Of a stretch of DNA of 64,000 nt, positions 16,779 through 25,074 are shown piece after piece. Source of the DNA: Myxococcota bacterium (GTDB lineage: Bacteria; Myxococcota; JAJVIH01); NCBI GenBank assembly GCA_022072125.1, contig JAJVIH010000021.1, positions 700-64,699 on the forward strand, written 5' to 3'. The notes under the pieces are model-generated. The model was not told the origin of the DNA. It saw only the letters and a list, made by a program, of their open reading frames with translations, and ran no database searches. Position numbers and translations under genes: made by a program. Position 1 is the first letter of the stretch. The number at the start of each line of letters is the position of its first letter.

Positions 16779-18088
16779 CGCAGACCCCATCCACGCTCCT
16801 TATCTGTACGGTAGGCGGCAGCCCAGAGCCGATCGTCAAGGCGCTGATCCACTGGCAACCCATCAGAGTTTGGTTCGTCCCGACGGCTCAGACCAGGGGA
16901 AGCATCGAGCATGACAGCGTTGACCGTGGGAAGACCATACCAAGCATCCTTGGCGCAGCCAGGATTGCCGGGTTTCCGCTCGACCCTGGCCGATATGACA
17001 TCCATGAGTTGAGCAACGGGGAAGACCTTGCCTTGTGCTTGACCGAACTGCAGCGTTTGACGGGCTGTGTTGAGCAATGGGTCAAGCGAGGCGAAAACTT
17101 TAACGTGGTTGTCGATTTCACCGGCGGCACCAAGTGCATGTCGGTGGCGGTTGGGCTCCAGGCCAGCCGATGGCCATGCGTGTTCTCATACGTTGGTGGT
17201 GCACAGCGGACCAAGGACGGCGTAGGAATCGTCGAGTCCGGTCATGAGCGCGTTGTGCATCATGCGAACCCGTGGGATGCGCTCGGCTATCAAGCCGTCG
17301 AGGACTTCATCGTGCTGTTCGATCAGCGCGCATTTCTCGCGGCTGCGAATGTCGCTGAGGTGGCGAAGAAGCATATGAGCCGCGAGGATCGGAAGCGTGA
17401 GTTCGCCGCCTTGGAGCATCTCGCGAAGGCGTACGACGCCTGGGATCGATTCGAGCACGCGGCGAGCAACACCTGTATCGAGAAGGTCGCAAACTCGGCC
17501 AACGATCTGCGCGCCGTGCTCGGTTCAATCAAGGGCGACCGGGTTCTCACCAGCAGAGACCGTCTCACTAACCATCTCGGCGCGCTGTGCCAGGCAGATC
17601 CGCCAAGCCGCCATCACGTGCTCGACCTGTTGGCGAACGCGAAACGTCGAATGGAAGAAGGCCGGCTCGATGACGCCGTCGCCAGGCTTTACCGCGTGAT
17701 CGAAGCCGTGGCTCAGGTGGCGTTGAAGGAGCAATATAATTTCGAGAGCACCGGGAAGATTCCACTTGATCGCGTTCCGGAGCCGCTTCGGGGGCTGTGG
17801 GCATCGCGGGCGAACGAAGGCGCCGCCGCGCTCGGCCTCCAAGACACGTACGCGCTCCTTGGGGCCTTGGGCGATCCGCTCGGACAAGAGTTCAAGAAAA
17901 AAGGGCTCGATGGCGAGAAGTCGCCGCTGATGGCCCGGAATCGCTCCATTCTCGCGCACGGCTTCGATCGGGTCTCAGGCAAAGTCTTCGACACGCTGTG
18001 GACCGCGGCGCTTGCGCTCGCCGACGTCAAGGAGGCGGACCTGCCGTCCTTTCCCGTCCTCGGAAACCAGTTGAAGAGCGAGGGCTGA
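16775..18088 (+). CDS. CARF-HEPN ribonuclease effector (TIGR02710 / Csm6-like)
   Basis: CTVGGSPEPI, VDFTGGTKCMS, DAVARLYR..E and HEPN motif RNRSILAHG. Confidence 0.88.
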   Translation: MTQTPSTLLICTVGGSPEPIVKALIHWQPIRVWFVPTAQTRGSIEHDSVDRGKTIPSILGAARIAGFPLDPGRYDIHELSNGEDLALCLTELQRLTGCVEQWVKRGENFNVVVDFTGGTKCMSVAVGLQASRWPCVFSYVGGAQRTKDGVGIVESGHERVVHHANPWDALGYQAVEDFIVLFDQRAFLAAANVAEVAKKHMSREDRKREFAALEHLAKAYDAWDRFEHAASNTCIEKVANSANDLRAVLGSIKGDRVLTSRDRLTNHLGALCQADPPSRHHVLDLLANAKRRMEEGRLDDAVARLYRVIEAVAQVALKEQYNFESTGKIPLDRVPEPLRGLWASRANEGAAALGLQDTYALLGALGDPLGQEFKKKGLDGEKSPLMARNRSILAHGFDRVSGKVFDTLWTAALALADVKEADLPSFPVLGNQLKSEG

Positions 18089-18097
18089 TGGCCATCT

Positions 18098-18166
18098 GAC
18101 CTGCTTGGGAAAATCGCCAAAAGCACCCAGCTGACAAGAAAGACCATCGCTGAAGTTTTGAGCGGC
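18098..18166 (+). pseudogene. Relic fragment resembling a type III restriction enzyme Res subunit
   Basis: Translates DLLGKIAKSTQLTRKTIAEVLSG with no start codon; resembles the DLxGKIAxxTxLTRxTIxxIL segment of Res proteins (recognised from memory, not searched). Confidence 0.55.
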
Positions 18167-18261
18167 GAACGTGCTCCGGCCGATGGGCCGGCCGCCGGAT
18201 GATTCGGATGCGCTTGCCGCCGAGACGGTCGGTTTGAGTGTGCGTTCGAATTATTCTGAAG

Positions 18262-18297
18262 CCCCCCAATGTTGTATGTATTGGGGGGGGGGGGGGG
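18262..18297. repeat. Inverted repeat plus a G15 homopolymer
   Basis: CCCCCCAAT-gttgtatgt-ATTGGGGGG 9-bp stem; G run at 18283-18297. Confidence 0.85.
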
Positions 18298-18440
18298 TCG
18301 TTTTATGCTTTCTATCTGAAAAGAATCGAAATTTTGATTTATATTTATGCTATTGGAAAAAATCGGAATGATCGCATAGAATCTAGGCGTGTGGTTGTTT
18401 TTGTTTGTTATTAATAGGGTTAATCTACCGAGGAATCGAT

Positions 18441-19271
18441 ATGGACATCGCCAATCAGTTGAGACCGGGACAATTTAGTTTCAATGTTATTCGTGAAATC
18501 GGACGCGGTGGACTCGGTGTCGTGAATGAAATAGAGGTAGTTGCCTCTAATCAATGCTATCCTATTGGCACTCATCTTGCTCAAAAAAAGCTAAATAGCC
18601 AGTGGAGAAATCATCCAGAAGCTGTTGAAAGATTTGAGAGAGAAATTAATGCCGTAAGACAAATGTCCCACCCAAATATTATTCCTTACAAGGGCGAGAA
18701 TCTAAGCAATGGCTCTGAGCGTTTCTATTGCATGCCTCTCTATCCAACCAGCCTTCGTCATCATCTTTTTCAGCACCCTAGTGGATTTCATTGGTCTCAA
18801 ATTTCTCAATTTGGATTGATACTAGCTAAAGCTCTCTCATACGCGCATAATCTTGGATTTATTCACAGAGATCTTAAGCCAGAGAATATTTTGCTTGACC
18901 AAAGGGGAAATCCAGTCATTGCAGATTGGGGTCTAGGGTATTTTGTTCACAAGGCTTCAAAGGTCTTGGCTCCACTAACGAGAGGAGGGATGGGCACAGA
19001 ATATTACTGCTCTTTAGAACAATGGAACACGGGAAAATGCGATCAAACTGGAGATATTTACTCTCTTGGCATTCTCCTTGCCGAACTTGCAACAGGAGTA
19101 CAGAATCAATTGAAGTATGTGGGAGGAGGCATTCAGGAAAACATTGTCAATCATACAAGCTTCAGAGCATCAAAATTTAACACATTAATTCAAAAAATGA
19201 CCCAGTTGTTGCCGGAGCGACGATTGCAAACGATGCGAGAAGTGTCTCTCGCTATTAGCGCATTAAAGTGA
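18441..19271 (+). CDS. Stand-alone Hanks-type Ser/Thr protein kinase (AT-rich)
   Basis: GRGGLGVV, AQKKL, ERFEREI, HPNII, IHRDLKPENILL, DWG, GTEYY, DIYSLG; no transmembrane or sensor domain. Confidence 0.93.
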   Translation: MDIANQLRPGQFSFNVIREIGRGGLGVVNEIEVVASNQCYPIGTHLAQKKLNSQWRNHPEAVERFEREINAVRQMSHPNIIPYKGENLSNGSERFYCMPLYPTSLRHHLFQHPSGFHWSQISQFGLILAKALSYAHNLGFIHRDLKPENILLDQRGNPVIADWGLGYFVHKASKVLAPLTRGGMGTEYYCSLEQWNTGKCDQTGDIYSLGILLAELATGVQNQLKYVGGGIQENIVNHTSFRASKFNTLIQKMTQLLPERRLQTMREVSLAISALK

Positions 19272-19383
19272 CTGGAATTTCATATAGAGTGGTTGGTATC
19301 TTCCCCCGCCTTGGAGTGCGTTGAATAAGCGTCCCCTGCTGTTTCCAGCCTTACAAAACACTCTATCAACTTTCCCCCCAACC

Positions 19384-19518
19384 CTCCGCCTCGATGATAT
19401 CCGGCGTCAGCAGCGTCAGCCGGGGAATGCGGCCAGCCAGGAACCATCCATCGTGAATGCCCTGGCGAGGCCGGGGCGCGTCCCTGTGCTTGCCCTAATC
19501 TGGAATCTCCCGCCAGCA
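19384..19518 (-). pseudogene. Degraded mobile-element gene fragment (RLTLLxPDIIEA family)
   Basis: Minus frame CWREIPD*GKHR...GRIPRLTLLTPDIIEA with an internal stop; resembles small proteins found beside serine recombinases in integrative elements. Confidence 0.5.
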
Positions 19519-19638
19519 CCCTTGGCTTGAAGACAGGTGTTTTCCGGTCCGGTTTGTCCCGGTTGATTGGGCCGATGGCCGCGTGACTCCACCGCAAAAC
19601 TCCACCCGGTGATGGTCCTGTGGTAACCAGATGGCGGT

Positions 19639-20331
19639 ATGAAGAAGGTCGCCATCGTCCAGTCCAACTATATTCCGTGGAAGGGGTATTTCGACCTCAT
19701 CGCGGCGGCGGATGAATTCATTCTCTACGACGACATGCAGTACACCCGCCGGGACTGGCGCAACCGCAATCAGATCAAGACCCCCCAGGGCGTGCAGTGG
19801 CTGACCGTGCCCGTGCTGGTCAAGGGCAAATACCACCAGAAAATCCGTGACACGGAAATTGACGGAACCGGCTGGGCGGAAGCCCACTGGCGCTCGCTGG
19901 AAATGAACTACAAACGAGCCCCGCATTTCCCGGAGATCGCGGCCTGGGTCGAGCCCCTCTACCGGGAATCCCACACCCTGCTGACGCGGTTGAACCGGCG
20001 CTTCATCGAGGCCATCTGCCAGTACCTGGGGATTCGCACACGCATCACCAATTCATGGGATTACACGCTCTCCGAAGGCAAAACGGAACGGCTGGCCGAT
20101 CTGTGCCGGCAGGCGGGGGGAGACGAGTATATCTCCGGTCCTTCCGCCCGGGACTATATTGACGAGCGGGTCTTCGCGGAGCGGGGCCTGCGCCTGACAT
20201 GGTTCGATTACGATGGATATCCGGAGTACCCGCAACTGTGGGGCGAGTTCGTCCACGGGGTGAGCATTCTGGATTTGCTGTTCAACTGCGGCCCGGATGC
20301 ATACCGGTACATGAGGCATGTGAAGCGATGA
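19639..20331 (+). CDS. WbqC-like family protein
   Basis: [59 protein letters not shown]. Confidence 0.92.
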   Translation: MKKVAIVQSNYIPWKGYFDLIAAADEFILYDDMQYTRRDWRNRNQIKTPQGVQWLTVPVLVKGKYHQKIRDTEIDGTGWAEAHWRSLEMNYKRAPHFPEIAAWVEPLYRESHTLLTRLNRRFIEAICQYLGIRTRITNSWDYTLSEGKTERLADLCRQAGGDEYISGPSARDYIDERVFAERGLRLTWFDYDGYPEYPQLWGEFVHGVSILDLLFNCGPDAYRYMRHVKR

Positions 20332-21254
20332 AACTGTCGGTTGTCGCCACGCTGTACCAGTCGGCGCCCTATATCGCCGGGTTTCACGAGCGGGCCAGCG
20401 CCGCCGCGCGCGAACTGGCGGGCGACGATTATGAGATCGTGCTGGTCAACGATGGCTCGCCCGACAACAGCCTGGACATCGCGGTGGGGCTGACACGGGC
20501 CGACAGCCATGTGGTGGTGGTGGATCTGTCTCGCAACTTCGGCCACCACAAGGCGATGATGACCGGGCTGTCCCACGCCCGCGGCGAACGGGTTTTCCTG
20601 ATTGACGTGGACCTGGAGGAAGAGCCCGAACTTCTGCTCTCCTTCCACCGGCAGATGGCGTCGCAGTCCTGCGATGTCGTGTACGGCGTGCAGGAACAGC
20701 GGAAGGGCGGCTGGTTCGAGCGCTCCACCGGCGGGCTCTTCTGGAAGCTGATCGGTTTGCTCTCCGGCCTGCCGCTTCCGGAAAATGTATTGACCGCGCG
20801 CCTGATGACCCGCGCCTACGTGGATGCGCTGGTCCGCCACCAGGAGCGCGAGGTGTTCATGGCGGGGTTGTGGTTCATCACCGGTTTTGATCAGCGTCCG
20901 CAAACCGTGCGCAAGCTGGACAAGGGGGTTTCCACGTACACCTTCCGGCGCAAGCTGGCGCTGTTCGTCAATTCGGTGACCTCGTTCAGCAATTTGCCGC
21001 TGGTGGTGATTTTCTGGACGGGCATCGTGATCTTCTGCCTGGCGTGCGGATATATCGGATGGCTGGTGTTGAACTGGCTGGTGTTTTCGTCGCCGCCGGC
21101 CGGCTGGACCTCGGTGATGGCGTCCATCTGGTTTTTGGGCGGGCTGGTGATCTCATTCATGGGCGTAATCGGGATTTATCTCTCCAAGGTGTTTTCCGAG
21201 ACGAAACAGCGTCCATACACGATTGTGAGGAAGGTGCATGGCCGCGGCGAGTGA
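20328..21254 (+). CDS. GT2 polyisoprenyl-phosphate glycosyltransferase (ArnC/GtrB-like)
   Basis: [25 protein letters not shown] and two C-terminal TM helices. Confidence 0.92.
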   Translation: MKLSVVATLYQSAPYIAGFHERASAAARELAGDDYEIVLVNDGSPDNSLDIAVGLTRADSHVVVVDLSRNFGHHKAMMTGLSHARGERVFLIDVDLEEEPELLLSFHRQMASQSCDVVYGVQEQRKGGWFERSTGGLFWKLIGLLSGLPLPENVLTARLMTRAYVDALVRHQEREVFMAGLWFITGFDQRPQTVRKLDKGVSTYTFRRKLALFVNSVTSFSNLPLVVIFWTGIVIFCLACGYIGWLVLNWLVFSSPPAGWTSVMASIWFLGGLVISFMGVIGIYLSKVFSETKQRPYTIVRKVHGRGE

Positions 21255-21948
21255 AGCCAGGCGGATTGTTTTTTTGTGTTCGGGGGGCGGCGGCAACCTG
21301 GCCTTTGTTCATGAGGCCATCCAGCGCGGATGGCTGCCCGGGGCGCAACTCGCGGGGGTGCTGACAGACCGGAACTGCGGCGCCAACGCCTTCGCGGACA
21401 GGGCGGGGCTGTTCAACCGGACCGTCCACTTCCAGACCGCGGAACAGGATGAGGTGCTGGAAGGCTTGCGGGCGTTGCAGCCGGACCTGATCATCACCAC
21501 CGTCAACAGGATTCTGCGCCCGCCGGTGGTGAGCGCCTTTCGCGGCAGGCTGCTCAACCTGCATTACTCGCTGCTTCCGGCCTTTGGCGGAAGCATTGGC
21601 GTCAAGCCGGTGCAGGCCGCCGTGGCGTACGGGGCCCGGTTCGCCGGGGTGACCGTCCACGAGGTGGATGAGAGCCTGGACGGCGGCAAGCCGGTGGTTC
21701 AGGCGGCGATTCCATTGCAATCCGGCGAAGCGAATTTCGATGAGTTGATGAACCTGGTTTTCCGCTGCGGATGCCTGGCCCTGCTGGCCGCCATGGAACA
21801 GGCGCTTCCGCGGGAGCCGCCGCCGCCCGCCGCCGTGATCATCATGATGGGCCGGACCTGCCTGTTCAACGGCGGCTTCCGTCCGCGTTCCAGCTTCGAG
21901 GATGAAGCCTTCTGGCGGGAGATCGCCAGGGCGGCGAAGGGGGATTGA
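21238..21948 (+). CDS. Formyltransferase (PurN/ArnA-like), probably acting on a nucleotide sugar
   Basis: FLCSGGGGNL, LNLHYSLLPAFGG, GVTVHEVDESLDGG. Confidence 0.85.
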   Translation: MAAASEARRIVFLCSGGGGNLAFVHEAIQRGWLPGAQLAGVLTDRNCGANAFADRAGLFNRTVHFQTAEQDEVLEGLRALQPDLIITTVNRILRPPVVSAFRGRLLNLHYSLLPAFGGSIGVKPVQAAVAYGARFAGVTVHEVDESLDGGKPVVQAAIPLQSGEANFDELMNLVFRCGCLALLAAMEQALPREPPPPAAVIIMMGRTCLFNGGFRPRSSFEDEAFWREIARAAKGD

Positions 21949-22322
21949 TGCACCGGGCGTTCGATTATCTCTATATCGCCGCCACCATTGGACTGACCGT
22001 GTATGGCCAGCTCATCATCAAGTGGCGGATAGGCAAGCTGGGGCCGATGCCGGCGGAGGGCCTGGAAAAGATCAAATTCCTGTTCTCGCTGTTGCTGGAT
22101 CCGGGGATTTTTTCCGGCTTCGCCGCCGCGTTCCTGGCTTCGCTGACGTGGATGGCGGCCATGACCAAATTCGATTTAAGCCACGCCTATCCGTTCATGA
22201 GCCTGAATTTCGTGATTGTGCTGATACTGGGCGTCTGGCTGTTGAGCGAGCCCCTGAGCCTGTTCAAGGTGCTGGGCGTCGCCTTGATCGTCATTGGCGT
22301 GATTGTGGCCTCGCGCGGCTGA
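21945..22322 (+). CDS. SMR/EamA small membrane protein (ArnE/F-like flippase)
   Basis: 125 aa, four hydrophobic helices, DLSHAYPFMSL. Confidence 0.8.
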   Translation: MMHRAFDYLYIAATIGLTVYGQLIIKWRIGKLGPMPAEGLEKIKFLFSLLLDPGIFSGFAAAFLASLTWMAAMTKFDLSHAYPFMSLNFVIVLILGVWLLSEPLSLFKVLGVALIVIGVIVASRG

Positions 22323-22432
22323 GCCGCCGGCGTTCCTTGCCTCCGCGCCGGCTTCGGGTTGATATCGCGGGCGGACAGATGGCGTTTGCATTCCCCGTTC
22401 CGGGAAGCGGGCGCCGCGTGGAGAGCGAAGTG

Positions 22433-23629
22433 GTGAGTGACGAAAATATCCCTTTCAACCGCCCGTACATGACTGGCAAGGAGTTGGACTACATCGCCCA
22501 GGCCCATTCTGGGAACATGCTGGCGGGCGATGGCCCGTTCACCCGCCGTTGCCACCGCTGGATCGAGGAATATTCCGGGAGCCGGAAGGCCCTGCTGACC
22601 CATTCCTGCACGGCGGCCCTGGAGATGGCGGCGCTGTTGCTGGATATCCAGCCCGGCGACGAAGTGATCATGCCGTCGTTCACCTTCGTATCCACGGCCA
22701 ACGCCTTTGTGCTGCGCGGCGGCGTTCCGGTTTTCGTGGACATCCGGGAGGACACCCTCAACCTGGATGAACGCCTGATCGAGGACGCGATCACTCCCCG
22801 GACCCGCGCCATCGTTCCGGTCCACTACGCGGGTGTGCCGTGCGAGATGGACGCCATCATGGAAATCGCCCGGCGCCGCGGCCTGAAGGTGGTGGAAGAC
22901 GCCGCCCAGGGAGTGATGTCATCGTATCAAAACCAGTCCCTGGGCTCCATTGGCGATCTGGGCGCCTTCAGCTTTCACGAGACCAAGAACGTCATTTCGG
23001 GGGAAGGGGGCGCGCTGCTGGTGAATGACGGGGCGTATTCCCTGCGCGCGGAGATCATCCGCGAAAAGGGGACGGATCGCAGCCGGTTTTTCCGCGGCGA
23101 GGTGGACAAATACACTTGGCAGGAAGTGGGTTCGTCCTTCCTCCCTGGAGAGTTGATCGCCGCGTTTTTGTGGGCGCAACTCGAAGAGGCGCGTTCCATC
23201 ACCGCCCGGCGCATGGAAATATGGAACCGCTATCATCAATTGCTGGCCCCGCTGGAGGAACAGGGCGTGTTGCGCCGTCCCATCATTCCGCACGGATGCC
23301 GGCACAACGCCCATATGTATTATGTGCTTCTCACGGAAGAGACGGATCGGCAGGCCGTGCTGGCGGAGATGAAAACCCGCGGCGTTCAATGCGTATTCCA
23401 CTATGTTCCCCTGCATTCCTCGCCGGGCGGAAGGCGGTATGGCCGGGCGCATGGCGCCATGGAAATGACCGGCCGGCTTTCCGGGCGGCTCATCCGTCTT
23501 CCCTTGTGGATTGGGCTCACCGCCGGGCAGCAGGAGCGGATCGCGCAATCGCTTTCCGCCGCCATTGGCGGACATTCCGGCAGGCGGTCTCCCGGAACAA
23601 TCAGTCCGGCCGCTGGGCAATCCGGATGA
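22433..23629 (+). CDS. rffA: dTDP-4-amino-4,6-dideoxygalactose transaminase
   Basis: IPFNRP, LLTHSCTAALEM, EVIMPSFTFVSTANAF, EDAAQG, FSFHETKNVISGEGG, WQEVGSSFLP. Confidence 0.92.
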   Translation: MSDENIPFNRPYMTGKELDYIAQAHSGNMLAGDGPFTRRCHRWIEEYSGSRKALLTHSCTAALEMAALLLDIQPGDEVIMPSFTFVSTANAFVLRGGVPVFVDIREDTLNLDERLIEDAITPRTRAIVPVHYAGVPCEMDAIMEIARRRGLKVVEDAAQGVMSSYQNQSLGSIGDLGAFSFHETKNVISGEGGALLVNDGAYSLRAEIIREKGTDRSRFFRGEVDKYTWQEVGSSFLPGELIAAFLWAQLEEARSITARRMEIWNRYHQLLAPLEEQGVLRRPIIPHGCRHNAHMYYVLLTEETDRQAVLAEMKTRGVQCVFHYVPLHSSPGGRRYGRAHGAMEMTGRLSGRLIRLPLWIGLTAGQQERIAQSLSAAIGGHSGRRSPGTISPAAGQSG

Positions 23630-23788
23630 TGTCCAGACAGTTGCCGGGGGGCGGGAAATATGCCATGAGTCTGCGCCCTGAAACCGCCCGGTTCATTGTT
23701 CGCCGGTTCATTCCCCGCTTGAAATGGGGATGATAACCGGCGGACTCCGGGAGCAGCACACGCGATTCGCCACAGGAACCACACGGGT

Positions 23789-24754
23789 ATGAAACGCCGC
23801 TTTCTTGATTTCCTCGATGCTTCTTCGCAACCCTGGGAACTGATTCCTTCCAAATCCGAAGGGGAGGAAGTCATCGAAGGCCAACTCAAACAGGGCGCCC
23901 GCGTGGTCAAGGTGGTGCGCGGCATGCCGCGCTTCGTACCCGATGACAACTACGCGGGCAATTTCAGCTTCCAGTGGCAGAAGTTCAAGCGCACCCAGAG
24001 CGAAGGCGAACTGCGCGAGCAGTCGCGCAAGGCGTTTTGGGACAAAACCGGTTTTGATCGCGAGCGCGATATCGCGGGCAAGTTGGTGCTGGATGTAGGC
24101 TGCGGCCAGGGCCGTTTCGCCGACTTCGCCCTGGAGGCGGGCGCGGAAGTGGTGGGGGTGGACCTCAGCTTCGCGGTGGAATCCGCGTACTCCAACATGA
24201 AGCATTACTCCAAGGCGCATATCGCCCAGGCCAATGTCTTCGAGTTGCCGTTCAAAAAGGAATGTTTCGACACCATCTATTCCCTTGGGGTGCTGCACCA
24301 CACGCCCGATTGCAAGGCGGCCTTTGAAAAGCTGATACCGCTGCTGAAGCCGGGCGGACGCATCGCCATCTGGGTGTATGGGGCCTATGGCTGGAACTAC
24401 GGCGATATCCGCGACACCTTCGATTTCTGGCGTTCGCGCACCGTCAACTGGGATACGGACAGGCTGATGCGCTGGTGCCGCGCGGTGTTGCCGCTGTATC
24501 ACCTGCAGAAAAACCCCACCGTGTGGAAGACCATCCACAATTCACTGCCCGGATTCCTGTTCCACAAGATCCCGCTGGTCTCCGCGTCTGAAAACGCGGA
24601 ACAGCGCCTGCTTGACACCTTTGATTTCTACGGGCCGAAGTACCAGTCGCTGCACACCTATCCGGAGGTATTCGGCTGGTTCAAAAACGCCGGCCTGACC
24701 GATATCCATGTGCTGGAGTTTCCCGTCTGCGTGATTGGGACCAAGCCCGCCTGA
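23789..24754 (+). CDS. Class I SAM-dependent methyltransferase with a Trm112-like N-terminus
   Basis: VLDVGCGQGRF, GVDLS, GVLHHTPD, LKPGG. Confidence 0.85.
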   Translation: MKRRFLDFLDASSQPWELIPSKSEGEEVIEGQLKQGARVVKVVRGMPRFVPDDNYAGNFSFQWQKFKRTQSEGELREQSRKAFWDKTGFDRERDIAGKLVLDVGCGQGRFADFALEAGAEVVGVDLSFAVESAYSNMKHYSKAHIAQANVFELPFKKECFDTIYSLGVLHHTPDCKAAFEKLIPLLKPGGRIAIWVYGAYGWNYGDIRDTFDFWRSRTVNWDTDRLMRWCRAVLPLYHLQKNPTVWKTIHNSLPGFLFHKIPLVSASENAEQRLLDTFDFYGPKYQSLHTYPEVFGWFKNAGLTDIHVLEFPVCVIGTKPA

Positions 24755-25074
24755 CGCACGGCGTTCGCGCCATCCACTTGCCCCCTGATCGGGGTGGGAC
24801 GGGCGGGTCCGGAAGTCGCGGTTTCCACGCCCTGATGATTCCCGCGGAATACGCGGTTTCCCCTTGGTTCGAGGCGGCGGCGATCTCCCAATCACTGGTA
24901 TGGAATTAACGCCGCTTTTGCCGGAAAGTGGTGTAGGATTTCCCCGGCGTGACGGCGTTGACCGAGGGCATCCAGTCCATTTTGCGGGAGAACCGGAAAG
25001 CGGCTCCCGATCCGTGAGCCGCCGCCGCGGGCTGCAAGCTGGATATTGGGGACAACGCCTTTCAGGGTGGGAGC

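Noticed and set aside
18222-18234. 13-bp identity (GAGACGGTCGGTT) to the spacer/repeat junction at 389-401
   Set aside because: The match does not extend, and one 13-mer hit is about what chance predicts for several hundred array positions against 64 kb.
25046-25055. TGGGGACAAC (also GGGGACAAC near 53584) matching the end of the CRISPR repeat
   Set aside because: Only 9-10 bp, isolated, with no periodicity.
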